Source: Setoptus koraiensis
Lineage: Eukaryota; Animalia; Arthropoda
Length of the DNA: 64,000 nt
NCBI GenBank assembly: GCA_048013815.1
Contig: CM106585.1
Location: forward strand, 17,174,001-17,238,000
Direction: 5' to 3'
Both the position numbers and the translations under genes were made by a program. This document shows, piece after piece, positions 1 through 10,245 of the stretch; the stretch's first letter is position 1, and every line of letters begins with the position of its first letter. Under the pieces are notes generated by a model. The model did no database searches. It was given only the letters and a program-made list of their open reading frames with translations, and had not been told where the DNA came from.

Positions 1-1
1 G

Positions 2-1828
2 CGAAAACAGGCTACTGCTGAACAACAAAAACAGTCGAGTGCCAAAGTTTTCAAGACTCCATACAAGTTATTTGATTTTAATTCTTCTATGCATGGTTCA
101 TCGACGAAGAAATCAATCCGTCTAGCCACCACTCCACAGGTTAAGACTTGGCAAACTCCACGAGCGCCAAGATCATCCCCTCGAGTTACATCACAACGCA
201 GGAACAATTTGAGGCCCCCACCAAGTGCTCAACTTCAAACATCCTTTCAGATGGATATTGTGGGCTCTCAGGCCCCTACTACTGCAGCCAATTATGGTAG
301 CCAATTCGAGATGGGAACCAAAAATTATGATGATCAGACAGGTCATGATATTCCCACTCAATTAAGTTATCTCATCAACCACCAAATCGCCTGTTTGCAA
401 GCCAATGAGCAAAGAGCCCATAATCCACACGATCTCTATCAGGCCATAAAGCGACCAGCCGATGCCTCAGATTTGGCGCACAAAGCAGCCAAAAGTGATA
501 CAATTTTCCTTAGATATTTGAATTTGCTAAGGGTCAATGAATTTGTTGCCAGCAAACAATTACTAATGGCGTACTTTGATGGAGTTTCTGACAATGTCTC
601 ACGTAGTTATTCTGCCCTTAATTGTTCGATATGGTATTTTCATTTTGGTCATCATCAGAGAGCAATTGAGTGTCTTCAGGAATGCTTTTGTTGCGCTCAG
701 GCAGCTGATGACGAAAAGTGTTTACTCATCTCTCTCATGTGGTTAGCTAGGATTGTAATTGCGTCTAAGCAAAAAAAATCATCAAGATACAACGTGTACG
801 CTTTGTTGAGTCACGTACAGAAACGCACCAATGACCTCGGCAACATGCATTATGTTCAAGCCATGGTGTCTCTCATACTTGACCAGTTAACTGGGCCCAA
901 GGTGAGACCTCACATAGCGAATAAGCCAGTTAAAAAGTATAAAGATAATCAAACTGATGAATTTTTACCTACAGCTGAAATGTTGGCAGTGAAGTACTCC
1001 ATGAATGATGTTCTAACGATGAACTATGCTTTACAATCCGCTCACTATCACCTAATAGGAGCTAGCCAGCTCGCCGCTTTAACGTCGCAAGTGCTACTTC
1101 ATTTTGATCTGATAGAGAAATGTGGGGATGAAGACATACTATTGGTTAATGAGAATACTTTTATAGCCATACGTAATCTTGCTTATCATGTATGGAATAG
1201 CTGTAGGAATTTGGCTTTAGTTTGCGAAATTTTGGTCGAACTATGCTCGAATAGGATCCCCAAGCACCGAACCGATCATCACAGTATTTGGAGGCTAGCG
1301 CTGGCTGAGATTTCCTTTGAATATTACTTAGAGGAGAAAAACTGGGCTGCAGCTCGAGAAATGATAGATCTCATACAAGTGTATGACTATGAAAGCGGAC
1401 AACTGAGATTAGTTGAACTTGTTAAGCAGATGTCGGATACGAAGAAGGGACTATGTATTGTCAATGAACTGATAACTAGGATTGACAATGAAATACAAGA
1501 GGACAAGATCGCCAGAGACGATGTAATGATGCCTAGCGAGCATAAAGCCTATATAAAATCTAAAGCGTTATTATTGCGCGCCTCGCTCATGAATAATGTT
1601 GCCACAATATTCGAGTGTTTACAATTTGTAACAGTTAACAAATTCTATCATGTCAGAACGGCTTGTCTGATGGAGTTGGCCAGATATCTTCAAAGGGTAG
1701 GCATGATAGAAAGTTCAAGTCGGGTGATTAATTCAATAATGATTGACATACTTTCCAATGGGACATTCATGGAGCAACGTGAGGCTAATAGAATAATTGA
1801 GGCTAATAACAAGGCAATTTGTCAATAA
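2..1828 (+). CDS. ANAPC5: Anaphase-promoting complex subunit 5, intronless here and probably 5'-partial (frame is open from base 2, upstream of the ATG at 89)
   Basis: Segment YSALNCSIWYFHFGHHQRAIECLQECFCCAQAADDEKCLLISLMWL matches the APC5 signature (human YAALNLAALHCRFGHYQQAELALQEAIRIAQESNDHVCLQHCLSWL, from memory). TPR-like helical C-terminal half. No stop codon in this frame between bases 2 and 88. Confidence 0.85.
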   Translation, partial: RKQATAEQQKQSSAKVFKTPYKLFDFNSSMHGSSTKKSIRLATTPQVKTWQTPRAPRSSPRVTSQRRNNLRPPPSAQLQTSFQMDIVGSQAPTTAANYGSQFEMGTKNYDDQTGHDIPTQLSYLINHQIACLQANEQRAHNPHDLYQAIKRPADASDLAHKAAKSDTIFLRYLNLLRVNEFVASKQLLMAYFDGVSDNVSRSYSALNCSIWYFHFGHHQRAIECLQECFCCAQAADDEKCLLISLMWLARIVIASKQKKSSRYNVYALLSHVQKRTNDLGNMHYVQAMVSLILDQLTGPKVRPHIANKPVKKYKDNQTDEFLPTAEMLAVKYSMNDVLTMNYALQSAHYHLIGASQLAALTSQVLLHFDLIEKCGDEDILLVNENTFIAIRNLAYHVWNSCRNLALVCEILVELCSNRIPKHRTDHHSIWRLALAEISFEYYLEEKNWAAAREMIDLIQVYDYESGQLRLVELVKQMSDTKKGLCIVNELITRIDNEIQEDKIARDDVMMPSEHKAYIKSKALLLRASLMNNVATIFECLQFVTVNKFYHVRTACLMELARYLQRVGMIESSSRVINSIMIDILSNGTFMEQREANRIIEANNKAICQ

Positions 1829-1829
1829 A
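1824..1829 (+). terminator. Candidate poly(A) signal AATAAA overlapping the APC5 stop codon (TAA 1826-1828)
   Basis: caATAAag at the ORF end; only 72 bp separate APC5 from the convergent NDUFA2 stop. Confidence 0.45.
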
Positions 1830-1900
1830 GAGCACTCATCTTGTTGATTATTGAGAATAACAGACTAAATTGAACAACTACTCCTCGCTTCATCTCCCTT

Positions 1901-2197
1901 CTAAGCTCTCTTCGGTTGATTGTGTGGCCCGTTCACTAAGCTGGCTATTTGATCTGCGTTGAGGTTACTCAAAGGTACGCTCGATTCAACCCCAAAGTCA
2001 TACCTAAACCAAATCTTCGGCTCTATGCTGCTGCATTCCCTAATAAGCACAGGCAATTCAGGATTGTTACCCTTCAAAGTGGTATAATATTTATCAATAA
2101 ATTGCCTTACGCCATTGCTGGATGGCGATCTCTGACACAGATGTATCCTGATTTCTTTAAGCGTAGGCCCCAGCTTCTTGATGGCTTGAACACTCAT
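1901..2197 (-). CDS. NDUFA2: NADH:ubiquinone oxidoreductase subunit A2 (B8), intronless, 98 aa
   Basis: [22 protein letters not shown]...[31 protein letters not shown] is the NDUFA2 thioredoxin-like fold signature; ATG at 2197-2195; expected length. Confidence 0.95.
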   Translation of the reverse strand: MSVQAIKKLGPTLKEIRIHLCQRSPSSNGVRQFIDKYYTTLKGNNPELPVLIRECSSIEPKIWFRYDFGVESSVPLSNLNADQIASLVNGPHNQPKRA

Positions 2198-2657
2198 CCT
2201 GGCGATATGTTTAATTTAATTAAAAAGACCTCAATCCACGTTGAAAATCCCGGCCAGAGCACTCAAATGTATCGACAATGATTTTATTATCTCTAAAGTT
2301 CGTAGGTCAAACGAAGTAATCTCTACAAGTATTTTATACAAGTATTTTATCTCGATGTATAAATAATGCAGTTTGCACATGGATTGTATGCAATCGAGTG
2401 TATTAGCGTCCTCCTCAGAACACCATTTTTTTCATCTACTTCAAACTAGGCGCTATCTCGTCCTTGCGCATGCTCAGTGCAAATGTTTACAGCGTTGACT
2501 GAATAAATGAATGTTCCAATAATAGTTGATGTTATGGATCGCCATAATATTGCGCTGTCGGAAATGTAATACATCTTCTAGCACCATCTTATACTTTGGA
2601 TTGCAAAGTATATTAGCATCATTGTGCCAGCCATTTCAACATCCATCTAACTCTCAA
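2198..2657. promoter_or_regulatory. Divergent (bidirectional) promoter region between NDUFA2 and eIF4A-III, with an NRF1/Ewg-like site TGCGCATGCTCA at 2465-2476
   Basis: Head-to-head start codons 460 bp apart; motif is 1 mismatch from TGCGCATGCGCA; 13-nt duplication ACAAGTATTTTAT x2 near 2325-2350. Confidence 0.55.
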
Positions 2658-4109
2658 ATGGCATCCACCAGTCATGGCAGTCGTCGTAGAAGAGAATTAG
2701 TGAAAGACTACAAAGATGATGAGATTGAAACAAACGAAGATACGCAAGTTATACATGGATTTGATGCCATGGGCCTCAGGCCGGAACTTCTCAGAGGCAT
2801 ATACGCCTACGGTTTTGAGAAGCCCTCGGCTATACAACAAAGAGCCATCAAGCCAATAATCAAGGGTCGAGATGTGATAGCTCAAGCCCAATCAGGTACT
2901 GGTAAAACAGCCACCTTTGCCATAGGTATACTTCAATCTATTGATTTGAATCTACATGAAACACAGGTTCTAGTGCTTAGTCCAACTAGAGAATTAGCTG
3001 TACAAATTCAAAAAGTTATACTTGCCCTCGGTGACTACATGAGTGTTTACTGTCATGCATGCATCGGTGGCACAAACCTAGGCGAGGACATACGGAAATT
3101 GGACTTTGGTCAGCACGTACTCTCAGGCACACCAGGTAGGGTTTATGATATCATCAGGCGCAGGCATCTAAGAACAAGATCAATAAAAATGTTGGTATTG
3201 GATGAGGCAGATGAGATGTTGAACAAAGGGTTCAAGGAGCAAATATATGATGTTTATAGGCATTTGCCACCGTACACCCAAATTGTGCTGTTATCGGCAA
3301 CTTTACCTCACGAAATACTTGAAATTACCAATAAATTTATGACGGATCCCATCAAGATTTTGGTTCAGAGAGACGAGCTCACACTGGAAGGGATCAAACA
3401 ATTCTTCGTAGCTGTAGAGCGTGAAGAATGGAAATTTGATACCTTGTGTGACTTATACGACACGCTGACAATAACGCAAGCAGTTATATTCTGTAATACG
3501 AAACGTAAGGTTGACTGGTTAACAGAGAAAATGTTAGAGGCAAACTTTACAGTATCCTCGATGCATGCAGACATGGACCAGAAACAAAGAGATACCATCA
3601 TGAAAGAGTTTAGATCCGGTCAGAGCCGAGTGTTGATCACTACGGACGTATGGGCCCGTGGAATAGATGTACAGCAAGTATCACTAGTAATTAATTATGA
3701 CCTCCCAAATAACCGTGAATTGTATATACACAGGTAAGTCTAATAGATTTTTCGAAAAAAGTTCCACCCCTTTATTAGCTTGAAATGATGAAAACTTTCG
3801 ATATGATTCTGTAGCATACGCAACAAAAATTTGCTTCAGATTTGATTCGATATTATACGCTATTCTGAGTTCGTGCCAAATCACATCAGAAGAAGATTTT
3901 CAACTATCACAACAGAATACTAACCAAACTTGCTTCATACTCGTTAAAAACTTTTTTTTTACAGAATTGGACGATCCGGACGCTTTGGAAGGAAGGGTGT
4001 GGCGATAAATTTTGTAAAGAATGACGATATTAGAATTCTTAGAGACATCGAGCAGTACTACAGTACTCAGATAGATGAAATGCCCATGAATGTGGCTGAT
4101 CTCATTTAG
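2658..4109 (+). CDS. EIF4A3: Eukaryotic initiation factor 4A-III (exon junction complex DEAD-box helicase); join(2658..3733,3965..4109), 406 aa
   Basis: Motifs [21 protein letters not shown], and the eIF4A-III-type TDVWARG. Splicing AG|GTAAGT...ACAG|A restores [13 protein letters not shown] and gives the conserved end [20 protein letters not shown]-stop (TAG 4107-4109). Confidence 0.96.
3734..3964 (+). other. 231-nt GT-AG spliceosomal intron of eIF4A-III
   Basis: Donor GTAAGT at 3734; branch point TACTAAC at 3918-3924; T9 tract then ACAG ending at 3964; removal restores the reading frame. Confidence 0.95.
3785..3868 (+). ncRNA. SNORD54: Intronic box C/D snoRNA, U54/SNORD54-like, predicted guide for 2'-O-methylation of the 18S rRNA G equivalent to human G644
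   Basis: C box ATGATGA 3785-3791; D box CTGA 3865-3868; guide TATACGCTATT (3854-3864) directly 5' of the D box is the exact complement of conserved 18S AAUAGCGUAUA. The 5th nt upstream of the D box (C3860) pairs with the G. The 3' end TATACGCTATTCTGAG matches human U54 as I remember it. Confidence 0.85.
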
Positions 4110-4215
4110 TTACCGCTAAAAACATTGCTAACATTCTCATATTAAAACATAGTTAACTCAATCATTAAAAAGCTCAACTACAATAGCGTTTGGCCTGAGC
4201 CTCTCAACACTCGTC

Positions 4216-5592
4216 TTATAATTCAGTGTGCTTAGAACCTGTGTCCTTTTCCGTTGGCAGTGAATCATCAGATCCGGATCTCCACATTTTTTGGGCCTCG
4301 GAAACAATATCACTGAGAACCTCGCCACCCGATTGTTTACTTATCTTATCGATATCCACACCAGTGGCTCCGGCCATGTCTCGAAGGGACGACGCAACCA
4401 TGTCTTTCATTTTTTTCTCATCAAGACCTCCGGTGAATGCTAAAAGTACCATCTCGGGATACGTCCTGGGGTTGGAGTTGTCCATCTCTACACTACGTTC
4501 CATTTTGCTTTCGAACGATGGGAAAAATGTTGAGGTCGTAGATACTTTGAAAGTCATGTTAGATTTATGAGGAGTGTCGGGAAAGCATTCTTCTTCATTC
4601 GATATCTTTCCTCCGAATAGTCCTTCTATTGGCCAGGTTTTCCATTCAGCTGTCATACTTATTCTAGGGCAGCTTTCTCTCTTTATCATTTTAAAGTGAA
4701 GATGTATCTGAAAGTCTTTGAATAAGAATGATGCAGATTCCATCAAAGGTATAGATGAAGGGTCAATTTTGCACACGAATTTGGGCGCCTCGAAAGTGAA
4801 GTTACCGACGCTTTCTGCTTTGAATTTCTCAGCCATATATTCTAGTTCTGACATGGACAAGCGGATATTCTCGTCATCTAGGTGTTCGAAGGGACTTCCA
4901 GCTTGAAATAAATCACCGGAACAATGTACCTTGTATGGAGAACTTATGGACATCACATAGTGATCTCCATAAACTGGATATTCAAGATCATCATCTAGTT
5001 GTTTGGGACCTATCGAATCCTTGAGTGGCATCCAATTTATTTCCATTCTCGTGTTGTAGGTAAGTGAGAGAGGAGGAATATTCGTTTCGATTTTGGCTTT
5101 ATATCGGTTTAGTTTAAAATACTCGTCTAGAGGATTCATTCCCTCCTTGATGTTGATGTCGATTTTGCGTTTCTTCAATTTTGTCGCTTCTATCACTGAC
5201 TGTTGAATTAAAGAAAGACAGTACAATCTTTTTGGATCAAACTCGGTCGCGATAGTACCCCTGAGTTTTTCACCTTTTTTGGGACATTTGGTTAGTTCTT
5301 GAACCGCTGCAGCTCTGAAATCTAGTTTACTGCCTGTTGCATTGTGCTTCAAATGCCCTTTAAGGATGGTTTTAGTTTTGAAGTTTTCATACCTTCCTTC
5401 GTTTTGTTCGATAGAGTAGGATAGCGGTCCAAAGTCCCTCGCCTCGGACCAGCTTTCACCAGTTGTGTGTCCTTCGTCTGAAGTGTAACAGTTGGATATT
5501 CCTATCTGAAGAGCGCATCCGAATATAAATACTATCACAGATAATGTGTACCAGTCGTATTTTGAGACAGAAAGGTAATTCCTGAAATGCAT
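4216..5592 (-). CDS. Uncharacterised 458-aa secretory-pathway protein with N-terminal hydrophobic segment and C-terminal HTEL (KDEL-like ER retrieval)
   Basis: Uninterrupted non-repetitive ORF. First ATG is at 5592 (the track start at 5628 is TTG). Hydrophobic LSVIVFIFGCALQIGISNC; sequons NAT, NFT, NMT; ends KHTEL-stop; convergent with eIF4A-III (106-bp gap). Confidence 0.8.
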   Translation of the reverse strand: MHFRNYLSVSKYDWYTLSVIVFIFGCALQIGISNCYTSDEGHTTGESWSEARDFGPLSYSIEQNEGRYENFKTKTILKGHLKHNATGSKLDFRAAAVQELTKCPKKGEKLRGTIATEFDPKRLYCLSLIQQSVIEATKLKKRKIDINIKEGMNPLDEYFKLNRYKAKIETNIPPLSLTYNTRMEINWMPLKDSIGPKQLDDDLEYPVYGDHYVMSISSPYKVHCSGDLFQAGSPFEHLDDENIRLSMSELEYMAEKFKAESVGNFTFEAPKFVCKIDPSSIPLMESASFLFKDFQIHLHFKMIKRESCPRISMTAEWKTWPIEGLFGGKISNEEECFPDTPHKSNMTFKVSTTSTFFPSFESKMERSVEMDNSNPRTYPEMVLLAFTGGLDEKKMKDMVASSLRDMAGATGVDIDKISKQSGGEVLSDIVSEAQKMWRSGSDDSLPTEKDTGSKHTEL

Positions 5593-8500
5593 GATTGAAA
5601 TGCTAATTATGTTTGAGTTTCGAGTCAATTTCCTGATTGATACGGATTAAAATAAATGTAAGCGGATATATCTAGTCGATCTGCTCAAGAAACTGATGCA
5701 CAATAAGTATTGATAGTGATGAGTGTCAATACTGAACGTCTAATGTCTCATCAGTAAGAGTGATTCATCCTTATACTAATTAACTTTGGCGAATGGAGTT
5801 TGCGCATTAGCCAGCATAGAAATTTCGAGATGTTTATTGCAAACGCTATTAAAAGCAATAGTGGCTGTTGAGAACTGTTATTTACGACTAACAATACAAT
5901 CGTCAACAAGTTTTTGCGGTTACTAACAACTACACAAATCTCTGATGGTTCAATTTTAACATTGAGAATCTTTCTAGTATCGTCGAACAAGGCTCGGCTT
6001 TAGTTCAAATCAGTTACTAGTGTGTTTTGGAAATATGAGACCATTTGAGCCAATGTAATTTTGTTCTATCTGTCCCATGATGAGCAGCAACAATAAACAA
6101 TTATCTTCATATAATATGAGCATGGAGGAGTTACATTGAGTTTGTGTCTGTGTCTGGCTGTCTCTATTGGACTCGAACAAGTCAGACTTGGTCGTTGTGG
6201 ATTGAGATAAATAAATAAAGTACAATTCCGTTTGTCGGGCAGGTGTCTCACTTGATGAATGTAGTATGGCGATGTTACTTTAGAGGCTTAACCACAAATG
6301 TGTGTTTTTGATTATCACAGTAATGATGCCGGTGGGATGGTTGTCGATGAGCACTAATTATTACACTGACACATCCAGATAATCATTGTGTATAAATAAT
6401 GTGTGCTTGAATTATACTAGTAATATTAGACGAGTAAACTGTATGTCAATAAATGTATAGTCAATGGCCATGATGAGCACTGTAATCGGCGGGCTTTTCG
6501 TTCATCTTATTAGAATAAATCGCTCCAATCGTTTAATTGTACCGAGTATTATAATTGCTCCAGCTTGTTTATTAGTTTATTGGATCGTGGGCAACTTGCG
6601 AAAAATAGGCACAATGTATAATGGCAACAATTATCCTAACAAGCCTAAAAGACAATATTGATACAATATCCAACAGTGGACAATGATGAATATATAATGG
6701 CGTATATTTCGATGGGATGACAAAAAACAAAACAACAACAACAACAACAACAAACTATGGTGCGTCTAAAGTCTAGGCACATGATCCCTTGTCTAACTAG
6801 ACAAGCCTACAAGAAGAACGAAAAAGTAGTGCAAAAAGGGCGCGCATATTTTGAATATATTTGGCGCCAAGCCGAGTGTGTTTGTTTCCTTGGAATGGAT
6901 TTGATTGAATTGGATTTATTGCATCACCAATAGCCCTCGAGGGCACTGAGGGAAATCATTTTGATCATTTTGTGTGAACTCTGGGACCTCTTCTTTTTCT
7001 TTTGTTGGTAATGGCTGCCTGTAATATCATATGATATAGCCAATGCCAAGCAGTGACAATGTGTGACAATTGTGTATGTGAGAATAACTGTCTGTAGTTA
7101 CTGGCTTGGGTATTAGACAGGCGCCGGGTGATATGAGACAAGGGTGAACAATAAAATAAAGAGGAAAGCAAACAGGGCCCGATGAATCAGGTCAGCTCCG
7201 GCGGCGCGAACCTGGCTCGAGGAAGCCCGAAAGGTTACTGGTGGCAATACTAGCGGATAGGATAGTAGAGAGGTGATAGATATCCCGTTGGCGAGACATG
7301 ACATGAAAATAGATTCGCTATTTGATGAGGTGGCACTTATAGTAATGAAATGGGTCGCCCAGCATCGCCACTAGATAACATTTTCCATGTTTGATATGGC
7401 GGCCATGGATGCTAGCTGGTTGGCAGTACAGGCGGCTACAGGGAGTCGACAGAGTTTTCATAATATCACCGTTAGTGCTGCCACAACACTACGGTATTAC
7501 GCCTTATATATCGGTATATTATTGACTATTGAGTATTGATTGATATGATATTTGTTCTTCAATAGTTCAATACTTATTGTTGTAGCGCAACCGGCTTGCA
7601 GTGACCATTTTCCATGTATCCAACTGTTTAGCCGACACTATTTGCGCGATAGTATCGGCAGTATTGTTGCGCTGTAGTGACAAAGAAGCAAGAAGTGAGA
7701 ATTGAGATTTGTCTGTCCCAACGGAGCGATACATTTTAGAGGAAATGGTATCTATAGACAGCGGGTTATATAGCGGCTGACGTAACAGTGGCCTCTTGTG
7801 TCGCTAATAGTAGTAACAGCAACGACAACAACAACTATAGTGGCTGCATCAGTGGCACATATTGCATCTATATTGATTGCCGCAACAATCAAATGGAGGC
7901 CCCTTTTTGTCGTGTTGCCAGTTTATCTTACATCATATGTATTGTTGTTGCTTACAAATATCAATCTTTATCACTCTATTTCTTTTTGTGTCGACTTGGC
8001 CAGCTCTCTCTCACACACTCACAGCGCGACTTTTGTGCGAAAAGCAAAGGTGCCTTTATATGCCTGGCACTTCTATCTGTGAAGAATAGTATTTCCGAGG
8101 CGCACCTCACAGGGCAGACTCATCAACAGGGCGACAGGAAGAGAGGCAGAGAGGGAGCAGCCTGGTGATTAATTGGCCCCATCACGGCAACTCGCCTGGC
8201 CAATATTGACTCGTATGGACGGGCCGCATCCAAGACAGACAGACAGGCGGGCCAGTGAGCCAAGTGAGAAGTGCAAACACTGGAAACAACAAGTAAACAA
8301 CTCAAACTTAAACACAAACTGCTGACCACTGGTCACTTGGACCAAGCCGGCCGAAGGGGGCGCTATATAGGCTGCGTCTGGCGGGCTGTCAGTGTGGGTC
8401 GGTTTTGTTTTGGCCAGTTTCGTCCAATTGTGGCCACTGAGCCACTGAGCCACTGAGCCAGCGACTGGCGCAACCAAACGACCAACTGCGCCTGCGAGTA

Positions 8501-10175
8501 AATGCGGCCGCTACCAGAGTAAATCTCAGGTGTGCTGCCTCTGTCTATACTTTATCCGGATTATTATTATTATTATGAGATATTATTATGTCGTGTAATT
8601 TTTCGATATTGTTGTCCTCATCTATTGTGTTGCGCAGCGACAGCGCATTGGTTGCTGCTTGTGGCATTGTGGGGCGCCCGGTGTCGGCTGCACGACGCAA
8701 CACAATATAAATGAATGTAATGAAATATAAGCGCACTAATAGAGAGACGGGATTACAGTTGACGGTGATAATTCATTAAGGAATTACGAGTGGCGCTGGC
8801 ACTTCTTCATTTAACATCATTGTCTCAGTTGCTTGTGTCAGTGGCGCGCTTGTTGTGCGCGCCGGCGATTTAAGAGACTGGCCGGCCGATCAATGGCACA
8901 CACACACACACGACAACAGTGACAAAACACAACAGCAGCAGCGATGTGGGCCACACACACAAATCGGCGCCATCATTGGCAATTTGTCGCCATCATTGGC
9001 CGTGGCACAACCACCGGTGGGGCCCGCATTTGGGGCCCGAGCGCTGGATGGCTTCCGCGGCCGTTGTGTGTGTGTGTGTTGCAAGCGCGACACGGGAGCC
9101 AACAAGAAGAGGAAGAAGCTGCAAAACTAACTAACTTGCCGATAATATGACTTGACATTGTTGCAACTTGCGACTGCTTATGACACGAGGCGGCGCGTCG
9201 TGTCTGGCTTCTTTTTGTCAGTTGTTGCTGTGTGGCACGAGCTGCGCCACGAGCACCACGAGCGCCACGAGCGGCCAGCATCGCCGCCGCGTATGATATG
9301 AGGTCCACATCAATATCCGACAATATATAGACAGACAAACAGCGAGTTAATCCTGGCCCCCACTAAGATGGTCTCAGTGGCCATTAATGTTCATTAGGGG
9401 CTCGCTTGGCTTGTTCGAGGGGCCCCTGTCGGTGTTATACGGCGACTTGATACACGGGGTTGATACGCGCGCGATGCACAGTTGAATCACATGAGTTGAT
9501 ACGGCACAGTTGATACGGCGGGCCGAGCCGCAGTTGATACAGTGGGCCGGGGCGCCGTTAAATTGAATGGGTGTTTGCACTGGCGAGCGGGACCCGCTTT
9601 GGCGCAATGAGTGGCTCTGTTGAAGCGTTAACGAATGTTATGAATATGGTTATGATATTGACTTTGCCAATGTGTTTTATTCATGCGCCTCGGGGCACAC
9701 CAACAACGCCAACAACGGCATCAACGGCATCAACGGCAACAACGCCAACAACGCCAACAGAGACAACGAGCCAAATAACTTATACTCGCGGGCAGCATCT
9801 ATAAATAAGTGGCGTCGTCTGGTCAATGTGTGGTCAATGGGCCGCAAATGGTGGACTCTCATTCTGCTCGTGCATCTATTAGGATATTGGATAGATAACA
9901 TAGATTGATGCGACGCGTCGCGCCGCCGGTTGGAGCGGCCCGAAGCCGGCCCGAATCGGCAGGGCGCAAGAGCGGCCAGATTATTTATAGTGTTTTGTGT
10001 TGTCGTTTTGGCTGGCTGGCTGGCTGGCTGGCATCACTTTTATGCGCAGCCCGTGGCAATTGCGCGTTCGGCGGCGCCGGCAGCACGCGCTGGCCCCAAA
10101 TTTGCCAGCGTGCAATACAAACAACGAGGCAGTTTTGTCGGTCGTTGTTTTATTTGCGCTCGTCGTTACTATCAC

Positions 10176-10245
10176 GGTGCTAGTATCAGGGTGCTAGTAT
10201 CAGGGTGCTAGTATCACGGTGATAGTGTCATGGTGATAGTATCAT
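10176..10245 (+). repeat. 14-nt minisatellite GGTGCTAGTATCAG x5
   Basis: Units start at 10176, 10190, 10204, 10218, 10232, diverging towards the 3' end. Confidence 0.9.

Noticed and set aside
1949-2281. 110-aa plus-strand ORF over NDUFA2, and similar antisense ORFs over eIF4A-III, the HTEL gene and spalt (46109-46972)
   Set aside because: Antisense shadows of real genes, with no recognisable motifs.
2526-2657. 44-codon upstream extension of the eIF4A-III ORF (TTG 2526, ATG 2529)
   Set aside because: No resemblance to eIF4A-III; ATG 2658 gives the expected ~406 aa. The extension is probably promoter or UTR, though not excluded.
2706-2723. FLAG-like DYKDDE peptide in the eIF4A-III N-terminus
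   Set aside because: It is not DYKDDDDK, lies in the native acidic N-terminal region and has no vector context; coincidence.
3561-3575. MHAD instead of the usual MHGD in eIF4A-III
   Set aside because: HA at this position occurs in other DEAD-box proteins such as DDX6; likely tolerated.
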